Origin: a virus
Lineage: Duplodnaviria; Heunggongvirae; Uroviricota; Caudoviricetes
DNA length: 43,509 nt
Virus record (IMG/VR): IMGVR_UViG_2703718810_000003
Direction: 5' to 3' (one strand)
Shown: positions 19,087-27,044 of the stretch, piece after piece
Layout of the letters: each line of letters starts with the position of its first letter
Numbering within the stretch: position 1 is the stretch's first letter
Program-made: the position numbers and the translations under genes
The notes under the pieces: model-generated
The model's database searches: none
Seen by the model: only the letters and a program-made list of their open reading frames with translations
Told to the model about the DNA's origin: nothing

Positions 19087-19185
19087 TCACCACCAGCGTA
19101 TCTGACCGATGAAATAACCGGAGGCCATAATCACAAACACCAGCCAGATAAGGATGAACTTCCAGGTGGATAATTTTTCAGCCAT
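19087..19185 (-). CDS. 32-aa single-TM peptide immediately upstream of Rz
   Basis: [40 protein letters not shown]; stop TGA 1 nt before Rz ATG. Below ORF-track size cutoff. Confidence 0.35.
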   Translation of the reverse strand: MAEKLSTWKFILIWLVFVIMASGYFIGQIRWW

Positions 19186-19260
19186 CACTCGAATCTCCCG
19201 AATCAGTTTGCTAAAATTAAACACACTTTCTCCTTTGACTTTTCCGGAGTCAGGAAACAC

Positions 19261-19298
19261 AAAACCCCGCTTGCTGCCAACAAACGGGGTTTTTACTT
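19261..19298. terminator. Bidirectional hairpin with flanking A/T runs between endolysin and Rz block
   Basis: AAAACCCCG-(loop)-CGGGGTTTTT; T-run on both strands after the stem. Confidence 0.4.
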
Positions 19299-19382
19299 TT
19301 ATTCACTAGGTTTTGCCAGTTCGCAGGATTTCGTGTTATCCGTCCGCGTTGGTCAACGTCATTTTTCAGCAAAATATTCTGC

Positions 19383-19916
19383 TTATCTGTCGATTCCCCA
19401 GCACGCCAGCGCGCTCTCCTGGTCACGACGGGATATCTGACCGTAGCAATTATTTGAGCGAATACGGCAGTCTCTGCCACCGTCCTTAATCCACCAGCGA
19501 ATCGCCTCACACGCTCCCCTGCGATCGCCTGCATTAATTCGTTTATAAAACGTCGACGGGAAACACTTACCTGGGCCAATGTTATACGGGCAGAATGACG
19601 CAATACCCGCTTTCTGGGGTTCGGTCAGTGGCACTTTGATGTTTTTCTCCACCCATGCCAGCGCCTTATCACGTTCAATGGCGTTAACCTGGTCGCATTT
19701 TTCCTTCGTCAACTTCATGCCAGGAATAACAGGCTTACCATCCACCCGGGTGGCTCCACGGCAGATGGTCCAGATACCCGCGCCATCACGGTATGCCGTG
19801 GTGTGGTTGCCTTCTTTTTCATCCAGAAACTGGTCGAGGATTTCAGGCGCAGACGCCCCTGCACCAATCAGCGCCAGAACGGCAGCCGATAAACCATAGC
19901 GGAGTTTCCTGCTCAT
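19383..19916 (-). CDS. R: SAR endolysin (T4-lysozyme-like muramidase)
   Basis: N-terminal signal-anchor-release segment (LSAAVLALIGAGASA) followed by E...D...T catalytic region (EKEGNHTTAYRDGAGIWTICRG). Confidence 0.8.
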   Translation of the reverse strand: MSRKLRYGLSAAVLALIGAGASAPEILDQFLDEKEGNHTTAYRDGAGIWTICRGATRVDGKPVIPGMKLTKEKCDQVNAIERDKALAWVEKNIKVPLTEPQKAGIASFCPYNIGPGKCFPSTFYKRINAGDRRGACEAIRWWIKDGGRDCRIRSNNCYGQISRRDQESALACWGIDR

Positions 19917-19920
19917 CAGC

Positions 19921-20136
19921 TTACTCTCCCCGCGCCGCCTTACGCCGGTCTTCTTTAATTTTGAAATACAGGTTCGTCAGATATGTCAGCAGCCCAAACA
20001 GCAGACTCCCCAGCACGCCTATTGCCGCCCACTGAGACGGGGAAACCCTGTCCAGCAACTGCAGGATCCAGTAGCCCGTTCCCACCGCTGACGTGGTGTA
20101 TGACAAACCTGTTGTGATTTTTTCCATCTGGTACAT
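19921..20136 (-). CDS. S: Holin (phage-21-type, dual start Met1/Met4)
   Basis: 71 aa, two TM segments, MYQMEK dual-start, C-terminal [13 protein letters not shown] resembling S21 as I recall it; directly upstream of endolysin. Confidence 0.8.
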   Translation of the reverse strand: MYQMEKITTGLSYTTSAVGTGYWILQLLDRVSPSQWAAIGVLGSLLFGLLTYLTNLYFKIKEDRRKAARGE

Positions 20137-20210
20137 ACCCCGTCTCCCGCAATCCGGAAGCTCACAACAACAAGTGGGGCATCAGCTCACACCGACACCC
20201 CTGCGCATGG

Positions 20211-20480
20211 TTACATCATCATTTCGCCGTCAGGCTGAGGCTCTTCACTACCGTCAGGCTGAGACCCGACGCCATCTGAAACAGCACTGTCATCCGCAAT
20301 GCCTTCCGGCTCCGGAACAGTCGGTGCGCCCAGCAGTTCATCCAGAATGGCATCCACTTCTGCATCAAGACGCGCCTCAAGATTCTGGCGGAGTTTTTGT
20401 TTCAGTGCGCTCAGGACTTCTTCAGAGCGCAGGACTTCCTTCACTGCCTCAGCAGTTACCAGCGATTTTATTTCTGACAT
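20211..20480 (-). CDS. Hypothetical acidic protein (89 aa)
   Basis: ATG at 20480; MSEIKSLVTAEAVKEVLRSEEVLSALKQKLRQNLEARLDAEVD...; coiled-coil then acidic tail. Confidence 0.45.
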   Translation of the reverse strand: MSEIKSLVTAEAVKEVLRSEEVLSALKQKLRQNLEARLDAEVDAILDELLGAPTVPEPEGIADDSAVSDGVGSQPDGSEEPQPDGEMMM

Positions 20481-20517
20481 AGGATTTTCTCGTTGAAAGG
20501 TGTTGTCAAGAAAGTGA

Positions 20518-20700
20518 CTACGGAATGAGCGGATCTTCGGGTTTGCTTCCGGCTGACTGACTGGCGCTGATTTTCTCAGCGGCCCTTTTATCAATCTGCC
20601 TGCGCCAGAAATCGCGCACGACTCTGTACCCACCCGAAAGAAGATACAGCACGCATACCACCGTACAGAAGTACAGCATCAGTTGATGAACAAATGTCAT
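20518..20700 (-). CDS. Hypothetical small membrane protein (60 aa)
   Basis: One hydrophobic helix (LMLYFCTVVCVLYLL); weak RBS. Confidence 0.35.
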   Translation of the reverse strand: MTFVHQLMLYFCTVVCVLYLLSGGYRVVRDFWRRQIDKRAAEKISASQSAGSKPEDPLIP

Positions 20701-20846
20701 AGTTTCTTACCGTTATGGTTGACAATGGCGATGACTTTTCAATAAAAGAAAGGCGATATGTGTTACATATCGTTCTCCATGAGGATACTCCTCCGCCAGC
20801 GTCAGACTTATCCTCCCGTTCTCCTCTGCGCTGGCGTTTTTTTGTT

Positions 20847-22835
20847 TTATGATGAAGAGGTTGCCTGGTTAATGCTTACCATGATACTGCGGAACATGAC
20901 AGGATAAGATTTTCCCTGATTTGCGCTGATACCTGTCACTGTGATGTTATCCACCGTAAAGGCAGAAGTGACCGGACCTTCTTTCAGTGCAAAACCTGTT
21001 TTCTCTTCTCCGTCAAGTACCGGAATAACCTGGTGATTGCCGCCTCCTTTATATTTAAAGACAAGCGTGTGCCAGTTGTTATTAACCGCACCGAATGACT
21101 CAATTTTTGTATTAGGCTGTGTTTTACCGTGATACATGACATCCAGGTTACTGGCTTTTGTCTGAGTGAAAAAGGAGGCCATCATATTGCTGCTGTTGCC
21201 TTCCTGAGTCCACCCGGAAACTGGCAGGTAAACACCAAAGAGGTATTTGTCATCTGCAACCTGGGTACCATCCGGCAACCTGAATTCAAGTTTTATTTCA
21301 CCGCCATTTTCATACAGAGCACGGGCATCTTCAGCTGATACTCCTGCTGACAGCATCCACGGTCCCTGTTTGCCCTCATGCTGCTTAATCTTCAGCACCT
21401 GTCTGCTTTCATCATTAACAAACTCGGCGACACCGTCCCGGGCATTCCAGTGCTGGGCTGCCCAGTTACCACCGAGGCTGTCTTTCTCAACAGCTGAATT
21501 ATACTCAACAACCGTTCTTCTCTGAGGTGCATCCTGTGATAACGCAGCATCCTCCACAGGTGACGGGAAATTTCCGGATGTAACGTTTTCCCGTTCATCT
21601 CCTGCAACTACCGTTTCTGACCGCCCGGTGATAAACGCCGGGTATTTGCCTGCGTGGGTCAGAATTGCGGTTGCAAGACGATCTGAAATAATTCCACGCC
21701 GCGCCCATGAACCGAAATGGCTTGCCCTGTCACCTGACGTCCAGCTGACAGAACTGTCTCGCCACTTCGAACCGGAGTAGCCAATACCTTCAATATCAGG
21801 ATCTTCTGCCGGATTATTGGTCTGCACATTTACCCCGCTTCCATCAACCATGAAAGGGACAAAGTGAATATTCTGCGCTGCCTTATTTTTATATCCACCG
21901 TATACAGTTTCATAAGACGCAGCATATTTTTCTTTCCAGTAATGCGTCGTATCGCCACAAACCCACGGAACGCTCAGTGCCGAGCCCCCCACGCACTGCC
22001 CTGACATATCAGCGATGTCAGCACGGAATTTCTGTACCATGCCAGTAAAAAGAGCATTATGACTCTGGCTTCCTGAAGCCAGATCACTCTCCCCCTGCAT
22101 CCAGATTACCGCCAGCAGGATATTTCCGGGATTTTTAGCCAGCGCGACTTTCGTGCGACTTAACAGATCCTGGTACAGCGGCTTATCAGCTCCCCACAAT
22201 GCAGAATCAGGGCTTGCCCCGGAAGAGGCGTTAAATGTTCCCTCATTACCTGTAGTCACTCCCGAGCCTCCACGACAGCATGGAACCAGAAGAATGCCCG
22301 CATTCGCCGGTATAAACGGTAACAGTTTTTTGGCAATATGCAGTCCCTGACCCACACAACCATACTGACCTTTATTGAGGTCTGCCCGGGGGTGATTTTT
22401 TTCACTCATATCCATCACATCATGAAGACAATGATCTGCCGGAATAACATCGTTATAGGTGCAGGGAACGCCTCGCGGCGTAACGGTACGTCGACGGGCA
22501 AGCTGCTTAATTCTCGGATCAGGGCGATCATAAGAATCAGGTAACGGTACTCCCTCTCCAAAAGACATACCATTTGACTGACCCGCCAGCGCGACAACAT
22601 AATAATATTCAGGCTCACCGGTCTTGCTGATAGCCGTCTCCCCGTCACCCGATGGTTTAACCAGCACCGGCGTGGTGACATCACCTTCCGCCGCAATAGC
22701 CTGCATCAGGGTATAAGGCGTGATGGCGACAGGGCTGCCAAATGGCTGCCACCCCTCCTTCAGTTTTTGTGTCAGTCGTTCAGCAAGGTCTGACGGCGAT
22801 GCCGCCCTGACCACATCGTAGTGTTTAAATGCCAT
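20847..22835 (-). CDS. NanS-p-like sialate O-acetylesterase (N-terminal DUF1737-like region plus SASA/SGNH-like hydrolase)
   Basis: 662 aa beginning MAFKHYDVVRAASPSDLAERL; VVALAGQSNGMSFG esterase motif; occupies the position of the ~645-aa ORF downstream of stx in Stx phages. Confidence 0.7.
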   Translation of the reverse strand: MAFKHYDVVRAASPSDLAERLTQKLKEGWQPFGSPVAITPYTLMQAIAAEGDVTTPVLVKPSGDGETAISKTGEPEYYYVVALAGQSNGMSFGEGVPLPDSYDRPDPRIKQLARRRTVTPRGVPCTYNDVIPADHCLHDVMDMSEKNHPRADLNKGQYGCVGQGLHIAKKLLPFIPANAGILLVPCCRGGSGVTTGNEGTFNASSGASPDSALWGADKPLYQDLLSRTKVALAKNPGNILLAVIWMQGESDLASGSQSHNALFTGMVQKFRADIADMSGQCVGGSALSVPWVCGDTTHYWKEKYAASYETVYGGYKNKAAQNIHFVPFMVDGSGVNVQTNNPAEDPDIEGIGYSGSKWRDSSVSWTSGDRASHFGSWARRGIISDRLATAILTHAGKYPAFITGRSETVVAGDERENVTSGNFPSPVEDAALSQDAPQRRTVVEYNSAVEKDSLGGNWAAQHWNARDGVAEFVNDESRQVLKIKQHEGKQGPWMLSAGVSAEDARALYENGGEIKLEFRLPDGTQVADDKYLFGVYLPVSGWTQEGNSSNMMASFFTQTKASNLDVMYHGKTQPNTKIESFGAVNNNWHTLVFKYKGGGNHQVIPVLDGEEKTGFALKEGPVTSAFTVDNITVTGISANQGKSYPVMFRSIMVSINQATSSS

Positions 22836-22948
22836 GAATCCTCCCGGCCGGAATAATGTTCTGAGTCAGAGAAGGCTCGGGCTGACCTCCGGAAACACAA
22901 AAGTCACACAAAACAGCCCGCAAAAAAGAAATACGCCCTTACATACAG

Positions 22949-22978
22949 TTGCGCAATGTGATTACTGTAAGGTATTAT
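22949..22978 (+). promoter_or_regulatory. Sigma70-like promoter (TTGCGC-N18-TATTAT) of plus-strand unit 1
   Basis: -35 at 22949..22954, -10 at 22973..22978; same architecture repeated at 23881. Confidence 0.45.
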
Positions 22979-22984
22979 TAGGGC

Positions 22985-23053
22985 GCTGAATAAATTACTT
23001 CACGTTTTGTTATTTATTCCTTGCCAACCGCTCTTCCCTGGAGCGGTTTTTTT
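22985..23053 (+). ncRNA. Candidate ~70-nt small RNA (plus-strand unit 1), antisense to the nanS-p leader
   Basis: Promoter to terminator distance ~70 nt; U-rich body (auuacuucacguuuuguuauuuauuccuugcc) conserved with unit 2; terminator CCGCTC-TTCCCTG-GAGCGG plus T7. Confidence 0.4.
23028..23053 (+). terminator. Intrinsic terminator of plus-strand unit 1
   Basis: 6-bp GC stem plus 7 T. Confidence 0.6.
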
Positions 23054-23058
23054 GCATG

Positions 23059-23084
23059 TAAAAAGGCTCCTGCAATGAGGAGCC
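23059..23084 (-). terminator. Minus-strand terminator downstream of structured element 1
   Basis: GGCTCCT-loop-AGGAGCC followed by U-run on minus strand; convergent with plus-strand terminator at 23028. Confidence 0.45.
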
Positions 23085-23112
23085 TGGATGTATGCCTAAT
23101 CTCTGTATACTA

Positions 23113-23226
23113 CATGGTGCCGGGTGCCTCCCGGTGAGTTCAGTATCAGCACCTGAACCCGCACAGAAAGGATAGAGTAGAAACACCTGCGCTGATATGC
23201 CCCTCCGCTCAGGGGGATTCACCATG
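23113..23226 (-). ncRNA. Structured RNA-like element, copy 1 (strand assignment tentative)
   Basis: CATGGTG...CACCATG closing helix enclosing hairpins CCGGGTGCCTCCCGG and CCCCTCCGCNCAGGGGG; three paralogous copies in window. Confidence 0.45.
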
Positions 23227-23321
23227 CAGAACTTTTTTAACAACTCCCCGTCAGACAGGCAAGCATCAACCATCTGAACTGTGAGGGATTTAACATTTAA
23301 CAACACAGCCTTTTCCCGCAC

Positions 23322-23346
23322 AAAAAAAGCCCCTCAGGAGAGGGGC
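23322..23346 (-). terminator. Minus-strand terminator downstream of structured element 2
   Basis: GCCCCTC-AGGA-GAGGGGC followed by 7 U on minus strand. Confidence 0.55.
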
Positions 23347-23373
23347 CGATCGCTGTGTATACACCATAAGCAG

Positions 23374-23485
23374 CATAGTGCCGGGTGCCTCCCGGTAGAT
23401 TCAGCCTGACTACTGAATCTGCGTATTGTGACCATCGCTATGGAGACCATGTCAGACGCCCCTCCGCACAGGGGGATTCACTATG
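23374..23485 (-). ncRNA. Structured RNA-like element, copy 2
   Basis: Closing helix here is CATAGTG...CACTATG: both strands changed compensatorily relative to copies 1 and 3. Confidence 0.45.
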
Positions 23486-23723
23486 CTGGCTCGTTTTTAC
23501 AAGACTTCCATCAATCAGACAATAGTCCATCAACCGAATTGTGAGTCATTTAACATTTCCATGAGGTAACTGATATCCAGCTAACAATCATCTGCAATGG
23601 ACGAAGCCAGTTCCAGAACTTGCCCACACTACAGCAACAACCACTGCATTCCAAAAATGGAATTTTGGGAGATTACTTCTGCAAACAGCTACCGATAAAT
23701 ATATCCCTGATTGCCTGCGCAGT

Positions 23724-23837
23724 CTGTTCAAAACGCCCGGTATCCAGCTCAACGCCTATAGCACGACGCCCCAGCGCCATCGCTGCTTTAACTGCCGAAC
23801 CCTACCCCATGAAGAAATCTGCAACCAGGCCACCCGG
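23724..23837 (-). pseudogene. Internal fragment of a second DNA methyltransferase gene (paralogous to 25255..25368), with in-frame stop
   Basis: ~114 bp near-identical to the 3' region of the intact methylase; translation PGGLVADFFMG*GSAVKAAMALGRRAIGVELDTGRFEQ. Confidence 0.7.
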
Positions 23838-23880
23838 CAGAAGGGAGACTACAGCCCGCAATTCGAAAAAGGCCGCGCAG

Positions 23881-23910
23881 TTGCGCAGAGTGATTACTAT
23901 GGGGTATTAT
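23881..23910 (+). promoter_or_regulatory. Sigma70-like promoter (TTGCGC-N18-TATTAT) of plus-strand unit 2
   Basis: Paralogous to 22949..22978. Confidence 0.45.
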
Positions 23911-23916
23911 TCGCCA

Positions 23917-23984
23917 GCTGAAATATTACTTCACGTTTTATTGTTTATTCCTTGCCGCCCGCGTCTCCCAGCGCGGGCTTTTTT
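23917..23984 (+). ncRNA. Candidate ~70-nt small RNA (plus-strand unit 2)
   Basis: Same U-rich body as unit 1; terminator stem sequence entirely different (GCCCGCG/CGCGGGC) but structure retained. Confidence 0.4.
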
Positions 23985-23990
23985 GTCCAT

Positions 23991-24014
23991 AAGAAAGCCC
24001 CTCCAGAGAGGGGC
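23991..24014 (-). terminator. Minus-strand hairpin downstream of structured element 3
   Basis: GCCCCTC-CAGA-GAGGGGC followed by UUUCUU on minus strand. Confidence 0.4.
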
Positions 24015-24042
24015 TGAAGCCGCATTTCTGTATCACCATGAA

Positions 24043-24167
24043 CATGGTGCCGGGTGCCTCCCGGTGAGTTCAGCCCGGTGACACTAAACCCGCGTATTCT
24101 CGCTTACGATCATCAAAGAGATCATACCGTTCACCAGTCGCCCCTCCGCACAGGGGGATTCACCATG
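24043..24167 (-). ncRNA. Structured RNA-like element, copy 3
   Basis: Same conserved 5' and 3' blocks as copy 1 with a different central insert. Confidence 0.45.
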
Positions 24168-24303
24168 CGAAATTTTTTTAACAAATGCCCAGTCTGACAG
24201 GCAACTGTCAACTTACTGAATTGTGAGGAATTTAACACTTCACAGCACAATATCTTTCCAGCACCCCAAAATCATCTGGACAGGAGAAAATCTTCTCCCC
24301 CAG

Positions 24304-24732
24304 TCAGAGTTTAAAATCCAGCACGCCATTTCTAAATGCTTTATATACTCCTGAAGACGGTGGTGATGGTATATCAGCATTCTTTACTGCATTCATCGCT
24401 TCACGACATAAATCGGGATCACCGCTTTCTCTTTTAACCTGTAGCAGAAGACCATTCGGGGCCATATACATTCTCAGTGAACACTCTTTTCCTGAATACT
24501 TACCCGCATCCTTTAACTGTTCTTCTATGGCTTCCCTGACCTGAATGGCATACTGCCGGATTTCTTCACTGGCATCAGGGGTACGTTCCGATAAGCTCAA
24601 ATTTTGCGACTTTATTAATTTATCTGAGTGATGCAGCGAAGCATCATAATTATTTGTCGATACATCTTTTGTGCAGCCAGTTGTCAGACTGGCTAATATC
24701 AAAACAAGAACCGGTACAGCACGGCAATACAT
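24304..24732 (-). CDS. Lipoprotein with TolA C-terminal (domain III)-like domain
   Basis: Signal peptide plus lipobox (LILASLTTGC); C-terminal YAIQVREAIEEQLKDAGKYSGKECSLRMYMAPNGLLLQVKRESGDPDLCREAMNAVKNADIPSPPSSGVYKAF aligns with E. coli TolA C-terminus (YAGQIKSAIESKFYDASSYAGKTCTLRIKLAPDGMLLDIKPEGGDPALCQAALAAAKLAKIPKPPSQAVYEVF) as I recall it. AT-rich gene and flanks. Confidence 0.75.
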   Translation of the reverse strand: MYCRAVPVLVLILASLTTGCTKDVSTNNYDASLHHSDKLIKSQNLSLSERTPDASEEIRQYAIQVREAIEEQLKDAGKYSGKECSLRMYMAPNGLLLQVKRESGDPDLCREAMNAVKNADIPSPPSSGVYKAFRNGVLDFKL

Positions 24733-25010
24733 TTATCCATCTCCATATTAACAAGAACAATTATCTATAAAATATAGTAAATATGCGGGATCCGGGAGGA
24801 CTTGTAACTATCATCTCCGGATCAGCATGTAGTTTTTATTTTTCCGGATGATATATGCCGCAATAATACCCCTGCATACAGATGCCTGCAAATATCTACG
24901 AAGCATCCGGCGAGAATAAACAAGGAAATCTGAGACTATCTTATATGATAGCCTGTTGCTCAAAAGACAATGATTCACTCATCAGAGCTAACAACGCATG
25001 ATGCAGATAA

Positions 25011-25087
25011 TGGACCGCCATCGAGGACTCGAACCCCGCGCAGCCAGCTCCGAAGGCTGGCGCTCTATCCCGATGAGCTAATGGCGA
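25011..25087 (-). tRNA. tRNA-Arg (anticodon UCG by my reading of the loop CUUCGGA)
   Basis: Cloverleaf foldable by hand: 7-bp acceptor (U1-G72 wobble), D-arm GCTC/GAGC with GG, anticodon stem CCAGC/GCTGG, T-arm CGGGG-TTCGAGT-CCTCG, encoded CCA. Confidence 0.8.
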
Positions 25088-25096
25088 TATGTGATA

Positions 25097-25172
25097 TGGT
25101 GGCCCTTGCTGGATTTGAACCAGCGACCTGGCGATTATGAGTCGCTCGCTCTCACCACTGAGCTAAAGGGCC
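25097..25172 (-). tRNA. tRNA with CAU anticodon (Ile2-lysidine type like ileX/ileZ, or Met)
   Basis: GGCCCTTTAGCTCAGTGGTGAGAGCGAGCGACTCATAATCGCC...TTCAAATCCAGCAAGGGCCACCA; near-identical to my recollection of E. coli ileX. Confidence 0.85.
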
Positions 25173-25212
25173 GGGCGCAGGATAATAACGGTACGTAACT
25201 AATCCTGCAATA

Positions 25213-26271
25213 TCATCCGTTCTGGCTGGCTAAATCCTGAACTTCCCTGACCGTCTGCTCAAAACGTTCAGTCTCCAGCTCAACGCCTGTAGCACGACGC
25301 CCCAACACCATCGCTGCTTTGACTGTCGAACCCGACCCCATGAAGAAATCTGCAACCAGGTCACCCGGACGACTGCTCGCACTGATTATCTGCTGCAGCA
25401 TTTCTGCCGGTTTTTCGCACGGATGTTTCCCGGGATAGTACTGCACCGGTTTATGCGTCCACACATCGGTGTACGGCACCCGCACCGTCACACCGAAATA
25501 CCGCCGCAGATGCTTATATTCACTCTGCAGTTCCGTATACTGCCGGTTCAGTTCACTGTATGTGCTGACCAGTTGGTGATGTGGCTTTTCCAGTTCTCCG
25601 CGCTGATGCTTCTCTTCTGCCACCCGGGCATACAGCGCCTGTAATTTCAGATAATCGCTTTCGTCCGGTAACTGCCACTGGCTGGCACTGAACCAGTGCG
25701 ACACCATGTTTTTCTTTCCTGTGGCATCCACTATCTGTTTTGCCGTTATCCCCAGGGCAGCACGCGCATCACGAAAGTAAGAAATCAGCGGGGCCATCAC
25801 ATGCTGTTTCAGTGCCCTGCCCTTCGCCTCATACCCGGCATCTTTCGGGCGATACGGCCCCTGATAATGTTCCGCGAACAGAATGCGCTCTGTGGCGGGG
25901 AAATACGCCCTCAGGCTTTCCTTGTTGCACCCGTTCCAGCGTCCGGACGGCTTTGCCCAGATAATATGGTTCAGCACACTGAAGTGTTCACGCATCATGA
26001 TTTCGATATCAGATGCCAGGCGATGGCCACAGAACAGGTAAAGACTTCCGGCAGGTTTCAGCACCCGCCAGAACTGCGCAAGACACTGGTCCAGCCACTT
26101 CAGGTAATCATCGTCGCCCTTCCACTGGTTATCCCAGCCCTCAGGCTTCACTTTAAAGTACGGCGGGTCCGTGACTATCAGATCAACAGAATTTTCGGGT
26201 AACGACCGGATAAATTCCAGGCAGTCAGCGTTGATTAACTCACAACTGGATATTTTTACAGTGTTAAGCAT
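25213..26271 (-). CDS. DNA methyltransferase (N6-adenine / N4-cytosine family, beta-class motif order)
   Basis: 352 aa; DPPY motif near N-terminus (LIVTDPPYF) and FFMGSGST near C-terminus. Confidence 0.8.
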   Translation of the reverse strand: MLNTVKISSCELINADCLEFIRSLPENSVDLIVTDPPYFKVKPEGWDNQWKGDDDYLKWLDQCLAQFWRVLKPAGSLYLFCGHRLASDIEIMMREHFSVLNHIIWAKPSGRWNGCNKESLRAYFPATERILFAEHYQGPYRPKDAGYEAKGRALKQHVMAPLISYFRDARAALGITAKQIVDATGKKNMVSHWFSASQWQLPDESDYLKLQALYARVAEEKHQRGELEKPHHQLVSTYSELNRQYTELQSEYKHLRRYFGVTVRVPYTDVWTHKPVQYYPGKHPCEKPAEMLQQIISASSRPGDLVADFFMGSGSTVKAAMVLGRRATGVELETERFEQTVREVQDLASQNG

Positions 26272-26410
26272 GGATCATTAAGCCTGTCTCTGATAGGCTC
26301 ATTCTGCTTTTGCGCAAAGCAGTGGGCCTGAGGTTTGCTTGTGATCCTGACGCATGAGCAGATGGCTGGTGAGTGCCCCTAACACCCACCAGCCGCCCAT
26401 TTACCACAAA

Positions 26411-26436
26411 TAAAAAAGCCTTCAGGACTGAAGGCG
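26411..26436 (-). terminator. Intrinsic terminator after small ORF (late-leader terminator 3)
   Basis: GCCTTCA-GGAC-TGAAGGC followed by UUUUUU on minus strand. Confidence 0.55.
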
Positions 26437-26619
26437 TCTGTAACAACCGAACTGATAGTCTGCCAGCCCCGCCATAACCAGCTGGGTCAGTATTAACTGG
26501 CAGCGTTCGCGTGAAAGGTAAGTATTCTGCGCAATCTCCCCGACTGTCGCCGGTTCGGTGACGCTTAATTCATTAAACACCACTCTGGCGGTTTCTGTCA
26601 TATCCTGCTGTTTCAGCAT
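26422..26619 (-). CDS. Hypothetical 65-aa protein between Q and methylase
   Basis: MLKQQDMTETARVVFNELSVTEPATVGEIAQNTYLSRERCQLILTQLVMAGLADYQ; ATG at 26619; the track ORF start lies inside a terminator hairpin so was trimmed. Confidence 0.4.
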   Translation of the reverse strand: MLKQQDMTETARVVFNELSVTEPATVGEIAQNTYLSRERCQLILTQLVMAGLADYQFGCYRRLQS

Positions 26620-26742
26620 GTCTTTTTCCCTTTTCCGGTTAACGTGACACACCAATAACTCTTGTCGAAAAAGCCAGCAAGATAAAAGGTCGCTATTCAC
26701 GACCACCAGCGCGTTTAACGTCCTGTGCCGTTTTTCGGGCAT

Positions 26743-26765
26743 AAAAAACCCCGCCAGTGGCGGGG
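26743..26765 (-). terminator. Intrinsic terminator (late-leader terminator 2)
   Basis: CCCCGCC-AGT-GGCGGGG followed by UUUUUUAU on minus strand. Confidence 0.6.
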
Positions 26766-26968
26766 ATCTTTTGATAAAAACGACAAAGGCACCATTAAGG
26801 TGCCTTTTACACAGGGCAGCAGGCTTGTCATCACCTTATTGCTACTCCTGGCTTCCAGTTCGGAAGTCTCACAAGTCCCATCAGGGTACAGCGACAGTAT
26901 CAGTCAACACTCTATGATTCTGCTGAACAGGCAGTTTCGCACTGTACATTATAACCTGTTAAGCCAAC

Positions 26969-26990
26969 AAAAAACCCGCTCGGCGGCGGG
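26969..26990 (-). terminator. Candidate tR' (first terminator downstream of pR')
   Basis: CCCGC-loop-GCGGG followed by UUUUUU on minus strand, ~50-70 nt downstream of predicted pR' start. Confidence 0.5.
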
Positions 26991-27044
26991 GTTTGCTTAC
27001 TTTGCCATCGCGTACAAAATCTGCAAAATATCAGATTTACACGG

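Noticed and set aside
23113-24167. Possibility that the three structured elements are tRNA genes or tRNA pseudogenes
   Set aside because: They are ~115 nt, the first hairpin follows the closing helix without the tRNA 8-9 spacer, and no D-loop or T-loop consensus is present.
24304-25010. Search for Shiga toxin genes at the tRNA to nanS-p locus
   Set aside because: No ORF of stxA (~315 aa) or stxB (~89 aa) type with signal peptides is present; the only ORF here is the TolA-like lipoprotein.
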